Positions 26,031 through 39,190 of a DNA stretch of 64,000 bases are shown here, piece by piece; positions within the stretch are counted from its first letter, which is position 1, and every line of letters begins with the position of its first letter. The position numbers and the translations under genes were made by a program. The stretch is from Aplysia californica (Eukaryota). The notes under the pieces are model-generated. The model ran no database searches. It saw nothing but the letters and a program-made list of their open reading frames with translations, and was not told where the DNA came from. The stretch lies in assembly GCF_000002075.1 (NCBI RefSeq), contig NW_004797447.1:646005-710004 (forward strand), in the 5' to 3' direction.

Positions 26031-29000
26031 AGCTTCCGTATGTGTCTGCTAACAATTAAGAGTATAGAAATGGGATTCTACTGTGGTTATTGCGTATATG
26101 TTTGATATTCTGATTGCTTTATGTTTGGAATCGCTCGTGTCTTTTCTCCGAAGTGTGAACCTTAGTCTGTTTTGCAGGTTATTACTTATGTAATAATATT
26201 ATGTATATTATGAATATTCATATAATGTGTGATACGCAGGTAAGCATGTGTGTGTTTGTGTGTTGGTATCAAAAATTGTATATTGTATTTGTTTGGCGTG
26301 ATGCCTTTGCTGGAAAAATGTCTGTTTTTGTTTGCATTTCTTCTCTGAACATGCGAGGAACGTTCAACGAGTGACTTATATTTAGTTTGTTGAGCAAGTA
26401 ACAAAAGTTTGCTGATTTTTCGGAACGTACATCAAATTCTATGTCAAGATACATGATTAACAAAGTATTGTCATGTGAGTTACACCAATCACTCTTAAAG
26501 TATAATGTTATGCCTTCCTAAGTGTGGGTGGGTCATACTTGGAGTACAATATCCTAGAATATATACACAGGGGCACATCTTTAATTGACCAAAATCTGGA
26601 ACCAAATGAAGGGCAGACGGCGGTTGAAGGGGGGGGGGGCTTGACAGTCTCAACTTTAGCGAGATTTCTGTTTTGCTCTTTATTTTTGGCGTCCATAGCT
26701 CACACGCTTGCACGCTTTGCATCACAGTTTGTATACATTGCTGCAGTATTTACACCCTACGATGTAGGATATTATGATTCAGTTCTATGGGACAGGTAAA
26801 ACGCAGCATTTACCTGCAACCTATCATAACTGAGACAGATGTGTCAACAGCTGGCCATACAGCCAATATTCAAGGATGAGTAGTCAGGTGAACATGGAAT
26901 ACAGGATTGTATTCGGTTCGAAAAAGTAACACAATCTCGTTATTTCGCCGTGCTTTGCTTCAGTTTTGCATGCAGTAGAGGGCGACGTCTGCAAGCGATG
27001 AGAATTCCAACGGTCTAAGTACAAGGCTACCAGTATTTAGTTAGACATATTTAACATTCTAACACCAGTGCATCCGAGACGTTCCGTTTATATAATAACA
27101 AAGTGGAGAATGAAAATTAACGACAATACATTTTTTACACGTAAATGTATATTATTTATGATTGATTCGTTGTAAACGTTTCACGCTCTTGTTGTAAACT
27201 CATGAAAGAATATTATGATTCCTAATGTGTGTGCACGTGTGCGTGTGTCTGTTTATTTGAACACTGTCTTCAAAGTTGTGTGAGGTAGTATAAGTGTAAC
27301 GTTTTTGCTTAGGTGATTATTATTAGCCAATGCTTGACAAAGTGCAACGAGAGTGAAGTACAGACCACTTAATGACTTAATTACGCAGAGTGCGCACTAG
27401 CCTAGTCCGACACGCTGACTCTCGCATATTCGGATCGGCTGAGAAAACTTCAAGGCTAGTTCCCACAAATGTACAAAATCGATACAACTGTATACACTTC
27501 TCATTCAATTGGTCGGATCTGCAGGAGCAGGTCGGGACAGAGTATTGAAGTAACTAGAGCCCACCTGTTTTACCTGATGTTTGGTAAAGTATACTGAAAA
27601 GGTTCGATTCGTACCATGTTCACGATTATGTCGCTCTCTTCATCGTTATCATGGTGTCCTCTCGACATTTATTGCTATCAAGTACTGTCAGTTCCGTTCT
27701 TGAAATAAACAATTCATGCTCACTACAGTCATGTAAGTGTTTGTATAATTATACTGTTACTGAGGGCATAGTAAATCGACTGCGAATGGTACCACGAGTG
27801 GTACATTTTTTCCCCCGAAATTATTTCCAACTTGCCACTCTTGACGCGAAATCGTATATAAAAGCTTACGATTTGATCCGTAAAAAAAAAACGAAACACA
27901 GTTGGCCATTGTATTGATTCAACAAAGTTGAATTGGTTTCTTTTCAGAAATGAAAGTACCCAAACTAAAAATAAACGGACAAGTGCGCATTTCACTTAAA
28001 ATAGCGCGTGGTCAAGAAGACTTGACTGACACCGAAGATTCTCTACTACACGATCTTTGCTGACACTGCAAAGCGCAACACAATTATCTACGTAGCCTAC
28101 TGGATTATTTACCTAGCTGCATACAAAATGGCCATCGTAATATATATATATACATAGCACTACTCACTACTCGAAGAAGTCACACGATTTATACATGTTA
28201 ACATTCACATTAAATGTAGTTATCTTACTGTTAATATTATTATGACTTACTTTCGATATGTATATATATAAATTATAACCTTGTCAGTGTGTTAAGAATA
28301 TCCGCAAAACGTTTTACATAGTCATTATTTAAATCATGATATTTGTACATGTATACTGACATATTGCTATGTTCATTGTGATTGATTGCATCAACTGCAT
28401 AAACGATGCACTTTGTTCTGTTTTCTGGGCAGGGGAGGCATATCACCAGCTTGCTATCAGCTGCTCAAGTTTCAAACTAGTGAGGAACATTCTACAGAAT
28501 TTCGAGTCATTTTAAAAAAGTAAAATTGGTTTAGATTTTGGACTGGTTCCTCAAAACAATGAGGAGCACACATATCCCATTATTTGTATGACATGTTTTT
28601 TTTAAATCGGTTCAGAGATTGGGTTAGTTTCTTTAAAGATGCATACAATCCTACAATATGAGATTGTTTCTGTCGAGGGATTTGTGAGTATTGGATGGAA
28701 TTGAAACTGGTACATTTATAAACTTCTGGAGCCCAGGATGTCTTCGGAAACAGACAAATTGGAGCCTACTTACGAAGACCCCAGTCAATGAAGAAAGTTG
28801 TGAAATCCCCCCCCCCCCTTCCCAAAAGCAATGGAAAAAGATAACGGACCTCCCTCCTCCCCCCCCCCCCCCAAAGCAACGTTGGATAATAGGTTGATAA
28901 GAACCCCCCCCCCCCTTCCCTCCCCAAAACAATGTAGAACGTTAGGGACACTACCCCTTCACCACCGAAAGCGTATCTTGAATTCCTTCTTAAATCCTTC

Positions 29001-31135
29001 TACAAGCAATCTGAATAAACCGAAGCCGTATTAAGCATGCTCAGGACTGCGCATAATATAAAAGAATAGGCAAATTATCGAAGTCAATATTCTCAGTTTA
29101 TAGGTGCAGAACTTTATGTTATATTTTATTAGGCAGTTATAGTCTTTTTAATTTACTGACTCTCAGAGACTGAGATTCAAAGCCCATCTTGATAAAGGAT
29201 TGTTTCTGTTTCTTGTTTTCACCAGGGTTCAGTCGGGATTCCAAATTAAAAGTGAAGTCTTTTTTTGTTCCAAGTTTTCTCAAACAGTACGTTCTCGATT
29301 TTGACTCTGTAAATGTCTTACATTGACTGCTTTTTTATCATTATATAAAAATGACGATTTTGCCCTGAAATCCTGCAGTATTATGTCGCTGTATAACGAC
29401 GTAGACAGTAGTCTTCATTTTTGTCCTGTCTAAACAAACAACATGTTTGACCAACACTACAATCTTTAAAGAAAGTGATAGAGAAACCAGTTCATAGAGA
29501 CAAAGTGCTCCAATCAATACATTTTAATTATCTAAAATATAAACAATGTATATAGCTTAGACATGGCTTATTCAACCAACGAGGAAAACACAAAGACTGA
29601 GGGGCGCAAGGTGTTGCCGTTGTGATCGTGTCTCCTGTACATTACAAGCAAATTGTATAATGTATATTATGATAATTCATTCTGACAAAATCTGCCTTGC
29701 TGTCATTCATGCCTCATTGTTGTGTGTTGTCGTGAAGGGTTCGGTGGTGGTCTACATCCAGTAATAGCATGATGGTGGCCATTTAGACGTTTGGGTTCTA
29801 TGTTGTAGTTCACTATGATCTGTACAGTCTCAATGAATAAACTGACGTTACCGATGTAGAAACTGAGGACTTGTTCACGTTTTTCCTTTCATGTCAGGGG
29901 CGAAGGCTGACTTGTTTGGCAGGGTAATCAAAGTGAAACGGGATCAGATATGGCCTGTAGATATGACACAAGAATCTTACTCGAGGCGGCGACTCTGAGT
30001 TGTGATTGAAAACAAATCCGGAATTCATTGTATGTTCAACCGCCAAAATAATCGGGAAAGTATCTTATTAAATATCAGTTCCAACTAAAATTAAATTTAA
30101 CTTTAGATGTGAATACATAAACACAAAGCAAAGAAGCAGAGATGTCAGTACTAGTTCTATCTGTTATAGGTCTACCAGTGAGTCTAACTCTTTGGTAGAA
30201 CATGACAATTATCATTTTTTTAATTTCACATTTGGCTGTTTTTGTTAGCCTTTCGCGGCCAGGAGCTGGTGTCATAATCGAGGTCACGATCTGATTATAG
30301 GACGGTAAAAAGTCGAGGAAAAAAAGCAAGCACTTGCAACAGTGAAGAGATTGTTAGGAGTTAGTTCCCCTCACATTTGTGAGGTAGACTCGACCAGTGT
30401 TAGTTAGCTTTCATAATCAGGGCTTGTGATTGATTTTAACTGTGACCCCAAAGGGGTGAACAGGGTATATGTGGCAATGAAACAGCTTAGACTGCTATGC
30501 ACATGTTCCCTTCAACTCTATTGGTAGACTCTTCCAGCCTCACTTTAAGCTTACTTAATCAAAGCTTGCGACTGCTTATGGAGTGGCCCGAGAGGGGTGA
30601 GGAGGCTATTTCTGTGGCCGTGAAACCGTTTTGAATGTTAGGCATACTGTTCATTGTTGATTACGAACGTCTTTTGACATTTAATTCAAGAGGTTTACGT
30701 TTATGGATGAATTTGACAGCGACAATGTTTCAAAATTAGGAAGGGAAGCAGTGATTATTTGATTATATAGACGCTTCGCCCCTGCATGATAATTATGACA
30801 CGTTTTTGTCTGTTCCCTTCATTATGTTGCAAATCTGCAGATCACACCTTCAGACAAAAACTTCACAAATTTTCTTTCCTTCTTTTCTTCTTGTTGGTGT
30901 TCTCGTGTATTCTGTTGTTTCAATAGTAAATATGTGTCACTTCAATGGTTTCAGTGTTGCTGTTGCTGCTGAGGTGGAGGACTGGGAGGAGGATGAGTGT
31001 GAGAAGAAGGACGAGGCAGGGAGAGGAGGAGGAGAATGAGGAGGAGAAAAAGAATGAGGAGGAGGATGAGGAGGCCGGGATAGGAAACGGAGGAGAACTA
31101 TGTGAACGAGAAAGGGGAATGCTGCAGCTGAGGAT

Positions 31136-31136
31136 A

Positions 31137-31220
<84 letters not shown>
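31136..31220. repeat. (ATG)n trinucleotide microsatellite preceded by a GAG-rich tract
   Basis: Direct reading. Confidence 0.95.
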
Positions 31221-31222
<2 letters not shown>

Positions 31223-31569
31223 TCAAAATGTGGGTGAGGCTCAGAAATTAGAGTTGATTGAGATTAAGGATAAGATTTCCACGGTTCAGAGGAACGTATA
31301 GATACATGTATTATGTGTGATATTGTATGTTTGTGTATGTGTACGTGTGAGTAAGTGTATGTGTGTCGCGCAAATACACACATACGCACGCGTGCGGGCG
31401 CGCAAATACAAGCATACAACAGTAACTGGATTAGGCTTTGTTAAATTTTAGTCCCAGAAAGCAAAACATTCCCAAGGAGACGTCAATGAGCGTACTGGTT
31501 GCTGGTTCTCTGAGAAAAGTTTGTCATGAGCTTTCACTTCATCTCCAGGACTTGAAGAGCACACCCCTC

Positions 31570-31579
<10 letters not shown>

Positions 31580-31644
<65 letters not shown>

Positions 31645-31657
31645 TCTCTCTCTCTCT
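31580..31657. repeat. (CT)n microsatellite
   Basis: Direct reading. Confidence 0.95.
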
Positions 31658-31854
31658 TTCTAATACAATTTTCGGGAGTTGTTATATTTTTTTAACATTT
31701 TCACTAGAGGAGTTTCATTATCAAAGAACCGTAGAAACGGGCCCATCCTTTCCTGAGCTCTGAAAGCATAATTCTGATTGACTGTTGGGTTACTATAATT
31801 GTTTGTGGCGACATCAGTGATTCATCGATTGGATGATAACATTAAACATTTTCA

Positions 31855-32975
31855 GTTTGATATGAATTAGTTTTGATTTTGCCCGGGCCGGCCGAAGCCT
31901 ACTCTTAACGATTTTGGACCACCAGGGGATCTTTAGTTTAATGTGTGCAACTTGCACACGGGACCTCCAAAAAATGTTCACCTCTATCCAAGAAGGCTAG
32001 GTGTTAGATAGCTCCTACCCAAATATCAAGGGTGTGATTGAAAGACACCAGTAAGGGGAAACCAAGGAGTAGCAGTAGAAAGGCCGCAGGAAGAGTCAGG
32101 AGCCCGGAGAAGGGGGCAAAGTCGGATGGGGGAGGGGCCAGAAAATGGAGGAAGAAAGCAGACGACAGAACATGATTCGGGAGCCGGAAGGGAGGTGAAA
32201 GAATACAATTTTAGAAGAGAAAAATGTCCGTCCCTGACAGGTTTCAAACCCGGGACCAATAGTGTTAAAAATGTGAAAAAACAACAACAAAAGAACTTGT
32301 AGTTGATTTTAGAATAAAGAAACTGCCCCTGCAGCCACTCGAAATTAAATGTGAAAACATCTAGCAAGTTTCAGACTATAAATACATGTATTTGGCCGTT
32401 GCAATAGACAACAAACTCAACAGGCGTGTCCACACTTTTCCCCTACATAAAAAAGTGAACAACAGACTATTTTTCTAAGGAAGCTAAAGTATTTTAAAGT
32501 TGATAAAACGTTGATGTCCATATTCTACCATTCAACCATAGAAAGTATGATCAATTTTTTAATAACAGCATGGTCTGGGAACATAAGACAACAAGATAAA
32601 GAAAAATTAAATCGACTTATACGGAAAGCATGTATAATTTCAACATCTACATTCCCCTACTTGGATGAATTGTACATAACAGTATTAGACAACAAACATC
32701 CCTTGTTCCCTCAAATAAAAACATCAGTCAGAAGTAAAAGACCTAGGCTTCTGATCTGTTACAAAGAAAGATGAAGGTCATTTTTACCATCATCCATCAA
32801 AATGCTCCCATCTTAACCATCTTGTATAAGTATACTTACGACCTTAGAGAATGCATCAGAATAGCATCTAGCTTAAAATTATTATTGTTTATATTGCTGC
32901 TCATTTATATTATGCATGTGATTGTAAGCTTGCGTGTGAGTGCACGTATGTGTGGATGTGTGTGTGTACGTGTGT

Positions 32976-33036
<61 letters not shown>

Positions 33037-33148
33037 TATATACACGTGGTGAAACACCAAGTGCCAGGATCTGGACAATAAAGATGTATCTTATCTTATC
33101 TTATTGAATGAGAGGCAAACGCCGTAACCCAGAGACCACGAAAGCTGT
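31855..33148 (-). mobile_element. SINE family A copy, split in its tRNA head by a LINE insertion
   Basis: 31855-32258 is the reverse complement of the 2757-3160 body. The missing head (attgaatgagaggcaaacgccgtaacccagagaccacgaaag) resumes at about 33103-33148. Confidence 0.8.
32262..33102 (+). mobile_element. 5'-truncated, decayed LINE fragment (Rex/Babar- or L2-like RT C-terminus and 3' UTR)
   Basis: Frameshifted translation KKVNNRLF/LRKLKYFKVDKTLMSIFYHSTIESMINFLITAWSGN; ends in aataaagatg(tatct)n. Confidence 0.75.
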
Positions 33149-33679
33149 TTTAGCGGTTTCAGCTGATTATTTCGTTAATTAATCATTTAGGTAGGGAACG
33201 AATATGGGGAGGGGGATCGGGGTACTCAAACTCTTGAGCCCTTCACAACACCCCGACACTGCCTAAACATCCCCCCCTCCCCTATTTCCCTTTTATTTTC
33301 TCTAAAAAGAACCCCAAACTTTTCTTTTCTAATTAAATTACACCCCCGCCCCTCCCCGAAAACAACAAAGAGCACACGAACTCACAAAACAAACCACAAC
33401 AACTAAAAAAATAAACGGGAAATATGCAAAAACAAACAACTTGTCCAGAACAACCGTTTAGATTTTGCACTGCCGGTGGATACAGGAAGACGATAGACCT
33501 ATTATTGTTATATCATGATGCCAGGGAGATAACCGAAGCAAATATTGTTTCTTTCACAAAAGATGGCTATGTCCCTCTGTTCACCAGCGTTTGGTGGGCA
33601 ATTATTACTATTACATCATCGTGGTAAAATCACAGACGCTCATCAACATATCCGTCGGTATCATGGTTCCATACCAGGA

Positions 33680-33866
33680 GGAGTGGGTGGTTGGCGGGTG
33701 CTTTGGTGGGGTTTGCTTCTTCTTTCCTATTAAACATCTATCGTCTTTATCTCTCCTCCTTCTTATTCATCTTTGAATGTTACTCTCTTGCCACACCTCT
33801 AATCTTCTGGCGCTCATATGACCGTATGCAGTTGCGAGCACCGTAAAACCTCTACTAAAACAAACA
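33680..33866 (+). mobile_element. Short interspersed element family C (about 180 bp) sharing its 3' tail with SINE family A. Other copies or tails at about 12270-12320(+), 34730-34882(-), 37878-37950(-), 43700-43745(-), 43988-44140(-), 48700-48760(+), 54322-54490(-), 60800-60967(+)
   Basis: Recurring gtgggtggttggcgggtgct...acacctctaatcttc...atgaccNtatgcagttgcaagcgccgtaaaac..tactaaaac. Confidence 0.8.
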
Positions 33867-34314
33867 ATACCAGGAGGAAGAAAGAACACAGGTTGAGATT
33901 AACAGTTCTTGCCTGTACACAGACTTAGAGAAATTCAAGAAACACACAAGTGTAGTTCATTTTCCATGTTTTCGTTCAACAAACGTATTTCCGTAGGGCA
34001 CAAGACCAATTCTGAGATGTTGTATACTAATGGGCTCTTCCCTTCCCTGTCGCACGCTCAAAAGGCAAGTTTGATTCCCACAAAGGAAAGTGGCTTGATC
34101 AAGGGGTACCTCTGTCTGGTTCGGTTGTTGTACCTTACTAAACCCAACTCGGCTGACCCTTAAAGACAGGTGCACAGCAGCCCGGCTCCTATTTTATTTT
34201 ATTAATGGAGTCTCTGTTTATTCTCAACAGCATCAGCAGTGTAATTAATTGTTATGCTCTTCACTGTTGCACTGAGAAGATTATTAATTCCTGCTTCGAG
34301 TATTTTTTTTTTAA

Positions 34315-34715
34315 AGTTTGAATTTTGCCGGGATGGCGGCCTAAGCCTTATACTATACACTGTGATTATACTCTTATTGATTTTGGACCACCAAGGGATC
34401 TTTAATTAACGTGCGCAATTTGCACATGGGACCACCGAGATTTTTCGATAGGCCTATTAACCAAGAAGGCTAGGTGTTAGATACAGTACTAAGGAGCTAA
34501 AGTAGAAAGGCAGCAGAAAGAGTCAGGAGCCCAGAGGAGGGGGCAAGGGGGAAGGGGAAGCGGGCAGAAAGTGGAGACGAAAGCAGACGACAGAACAAGG
34601 TTTGAAAGCAGGAAAAGTGAAAGGAGACAGAAAAAAATCCCGTCACTGTCAGATTTCCAATCCAGGACTTTTATTGAATGAGAGGCGAACACCCTAACAC
34701 ATATACCAAAAGAAC
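34315..34715 (-). mobile_element. SINE family A copy with internal deletion
   Basis: Reverse complement of 2735-3140, with an uninterrupted head (ccaatccaggacttttattgaatgagaggcg). Confidence 0.8.
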
Positions 34716-36039
34716 CCCCTAGTTTAACATAGTAAACGTTTTTACAGCACACACAACACAATTAGGTCGTATAAAATGCCAAAGATTAGAGGTGTTACAA
34801 GAGAGTAACAAACATAAAGGCGAAAGACGCTTGGTAGGAAAGATGGAGCAAATCACACCAGAGTACCCATCAATCACCCACTCTAAAATTAATCAGCAAT
34901 TATTTTATTGAGCATCTCCTTCTTTCTACAGAGAAGCTGTATATCCCACCCAGCCCAAACAGCCCTCGATCGGTAGGCCGAAGCAGTCTGCCTCCTAATT
35001 TATCTACTTGGTGTTGATGTAGACACAATATGAAACATTTACAATCATTGCAAAATCATACAATTGACAAATCATTCTACAGCTGACTAGAAGCATTAAT
35101 TGGGTTGTGAATACATGATTAACTAAAGTGATTGAACAAAAAAGGCTTATTGATAAAAACAGTTTATTTTAATCAAAGAAATATCACAGAAAACACCCAT
35201 TTTCTTTTAGTTTTAGTTATAAGTGCAATCTTAAGCTCACAGCTTGAGGGATGTGCTACACTCAATAAACAAGAATTTTCCTCAAATAACTTCATGCATG
35301 GGTAACTTCAGAAAATCTAATCAACATGAACAAACATGACCCACTATACGCATTCAATAAATATATTATATAGCAGAAATCATCCATCAAAACAAGACTT
35401 GCTCTGACAATAGAAAATGTACTCTACTTATCACAAGGGTCTTGCTGTCAAGTAAAAGCAACAGACAATACAAAAAAAGATAACAGTTGGCCTGGATAAA
35501 GGTCTAGTGGAGGTCTCTGTTTGGAACAAAACTTACTTGACCTACCCCACAGTCCTACATCTCCCCTTTCTGTGGGGCAAACATGGAGCTAGCCTTTATG
35601 TCATGCGCTACAGATGATGACTACTCATTTTGAGAAGGAAGACCTCCAATAGATCTTTATCGCTGCCACGTTAGGTATTAACTATTCTTATCCAGGCTAT
35701 GACTATGAGCATATAATCGACTCATTCAGTTTCTGGTTCAAGTTCCAGAAATACTCATAACACAACAGGCATAGATAATTGTCTATACCTATTTATATAT
35801 AAAAGAGCCCAGCATTAAAATATGGATGGGCAGCTACACAGAGCATTTGTCAAATATTTGGGGTTGGGGTGTTTTTTTAAAGCTTCCAACTCAGAAAGTT
35901 CTTGACAAAATAGTGCTCAATTTTGAAGGTAAGGCAGACGATTTACATTCAAATAATCATTAAACAAGTATTGAAAGTTCCGTTGAGAAAGATTTTAAAC
36001 TTGATTCTGAATTTGTCAAACATAAACCTAGCCTAGGAA

Positions 36040-37665
36040 CAGGGCTGCCGTCATAGGGTAAAACAACAAATTGTGGTCCAGTGCTGGTTGCAGGGCAAAC
36101 TATTCAGGGGAAGCAATAATGTTCTTTTTTTTTCTTTGCAACACCTCAGGGACTTGATCTTGCTTTCACATTGGTGGCATTATGGTTTTTCTTGAGAAAA
36201 TCAAACCTTTTGAGTTCTCCATCTTTGCGCGATTTCTTATAAAAAAAACATCTGCCTGAACCTTCGCTAACATTCGAGGTGAACAATGGCATTCAGGCAG
36301 GCTACAGTCAGCGCGCTTTGTTTCCCTTCATTTTTGGGGGGGTGGAACATGTGAAGTTGGCCAAAAAGTTGAACACATTGTAGTCACTTTCCAGATCATA
36401 TGTGTTATTCAAACACACATTTTCGACAGCTTGATTTAAAACTGTTTCATTTGTCATTTCCTCTCCATGAGCTTTCTGTGTTGTCTTCTTCAGAAGCTGG
36501 TTTTATTTTTTCTTTCGCTAAAGGCAAAATTCTACCAGCTCTATTCAAGGGATCCATTGTGTTGTCAGTATGGTGGAATCATTGAGGTCAAAGTCAAACT
36601 TTCATTTTAAAAAAGCAGCAACCTGACTAGACTGTATTGCAAACGCTACTGGGAGAAATAATGCTACACTTTGTACAGTACCATTTGTATTTAAAGGCTC
36701 CAGTTGATGGGGAAACTACAAATTGTTGTTTCATATCACCAAAATGAGACAAGGATAGTTTGATTTGCCAGACATAGTTATAATCAATTGTGACATCAAG
36801 TCATAAAGAAATTGAAAAGCAAGATTAAATATAACCACAATACATCTATTTCAGAGGTTTGACAAAAAAGAAACTTACTCTCATAACGTAGTGGGATCAT
36901 TTTGTCAGAAAGCCAGTAAATCTATAATGCAGACCAATGACAATGTGTCAGACACACTCAGACTGTGACACAGTAGCCATCGTTGCGAGGTCAAATGACT
37001 TGACAACAAACTCAGACGACGTCAATCGGTGAACATCTGGCAGACTCTTAAGTGCTTAAGCAGTGCTAACGGTCAGAAATTTTATATGAAAAAAAAACAA
37101 CTTTTGCTCAATAAAAACCATTATCAATTTGGACCCCCCCCCCCAGAAAAAGTCCCTTCTGTTTTCCCTTCCCTCCAGTCTGCTTTTACTCATCAAATTC
37201 CTTGCTCCTGTCAATATTCGCTGTCAGAATACCGTACCTGAAGAAAGACAAAATTATACATAGTGATATATTTGTATGATCCTGGTCGGTTGTACTCAGT
37301 GGGTGTTTGTTTGTGAACAAGGTTGAGTATGTTTGTATTGTTGCGACAGGTGACCAATAATTACCATTCGTTGCCCACGACATATTAGCCCTCGGCGCAA
37401 TCTCAGCGCAATCCAGCAATATAGGGACAATGTCAAATGAGTAATGATCCTTGACCGATCGACTATTCGTCGTTTTCCCTTACACTGTGCTCTGGTCTGG
37501 AGCTTGCAAGCATAAGAGAAAGTACGAACTCTCAACTACAAAGCAACAGGTTAGCATATGACACAAATTTTAATACCATCGGGTGCAAAATTAAATATTC
37601 TACGAAACATGTAAAAATCAAATATTAGAAAAATTTGGACCATTTATCATTTTCCCTTACACAGG
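36040..37665 (-). mobile_element. Older inverted copy of the 3283-4943 element
   Basis: 36415-36650 is reverse-complementary to about 4250-4500, and 37300-37660 to about 3325-3680 (for example gatccttgaccgatcgactattcgtcgttttcccttacact). Confidence 0.75.
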
Positions 37666-38413
37666 CAGAGGAATGGCTCTAGTGCAAGAAAGAATAGGGG
37701 GAGGGGGGTGAGGCACAATTAAATCCTAAATTTCACACAGTAAATGAAATCTTGTCATTTAACAATTAAAGCCTTTGAAAAAGCAAACATATAAAAGTAC
37801 ATTTGATTCTACAAATAAATTCACACATGAATAACAGCACTTTAAAATGCACATCCTAAATTTCTCATCATTTGCAGATTTTAGTTTTAGTAAAGTTTTT
37901 ACAGTGTTTGCAACTGCGTAAGGGCATATGAGCGCAAGGGGTGGATGTCAACAGAGGAGTCTTTACTCTGCTCATCTCTCTAACTTCAACAGCACGAAGT
38001 CTGCATTGACTATCAAGGCACCCGAGAAATAGCAGGTCACAAGAGAGTGACAAACATACAAAAGAAGTAGAGGAAAAATGATGATAGTAAGGATTGGGAA
38101 AGAAAAAGCAGCAGTTCCCTTTTGCAGTTCAGGAAATGTTATGAGCATGACATTGATGAGTCAGCCCATTTACAATTCTACTGTGTATAAGAACATATTG
38201 ATGTCCCCCCTTTGGGAAAGGCTTAAAGACACTTCAATCAGTAGCACTGCCCCGGGGGGTATCATTTGCAGAGGCAGCATGGTTGGGAGAAAAATTATCA
38301 AAAATATGCTCACAATGGCATATGTGGCCAACAACTCAGAGATAAGTAAAGCCTAGACAAAGAAAATGGGTGATGAAAAGCATAAAAGAATCAAAATAAC
38401 ACTGTGGCTTTTT

Positions 38414-38740
38414 GGGACCAACATAATGAACTATACATTCCAAGGACCAACATAATGAACTATACATTCCAAGGACCAACATAATGAACTATACATTCCA
38501 AGGACCAACATAATGAACTATGGAGTCTTAGTATCAACATAATGAATTATACATTCCAGGGACCAACATAATAAAATAAACCATGGAGTCCAGGGACCTT
38601 TATAATGAGTCACATAATGCACTATGGAGTCCAGGGACCTATAAATGAGTCACATAATGCACTATGGAGTCCAGGGACCTATAAATGAGTCACATAATGC
38701 ACTATGGAGTCCAGGGACCAAAATAATGAACTATGGAGGC
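38414..38740. repeat. Minisatellite of about 29-bp and 39-bp units (ggaccaacataatgaactatacattccaa / cataatgcactatggagtccagggacc)
   Basis: Direct tandem copies. Confidence 0.9.
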
Positions 38741-39117
38741 ATAGGTAAAAAAAAGAACTCTCTTCCCTGCTGCTTAACAATTTAAAGTCACACAGCCAGC
38801 AGTACAAAATACCCCATCTCGTCACCCAGTCAGGAGGGTGACTGCAATGTGCTTCTTGGACCTGGCACAGACCTGCACCAGGTGACCCGAACGGATCATT
38901 TTCACCAACGCATTATTATGCGCCAAGTGACCGCAAAGAGTTAAATATCCAAATCACAGCCTCTATAGCTTCAGAGCTTGTTTAAGAAATCATAGCTTTT
39001 CACAAAATGATGTTTCACCCTTACTGCAAAAGAAAGGGAAACACAGCTGAAGACGCTCTGTATTCACAGGTAATCAATGTGCTCATGGTACAACAGAACT
39101 GAATGGAATAGCTAAGA

Positions 39118-39190
39118 TTAAACATCACTTTCTGGGGTCTCCCGTGGAGAGGCCTCTGGCACATTGTAGCTCAGTTCTTCAGTGAGCACT
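39118..39190 (-). CDS. Pseudokinase gene: last coding exon
   Basis: acctttcag|A GTG CTC...GAA AGT GAT GTT TAA; VLTEELSYNVPEASPRETPESDV-stop; phase 2 matches the previous exon. Confidence 0.8.

Noticed and set aside
30945-31301. Poly-Met ORF
   Set aside because: Translation of an (ATG)n microsatellite; no splice or homology support.
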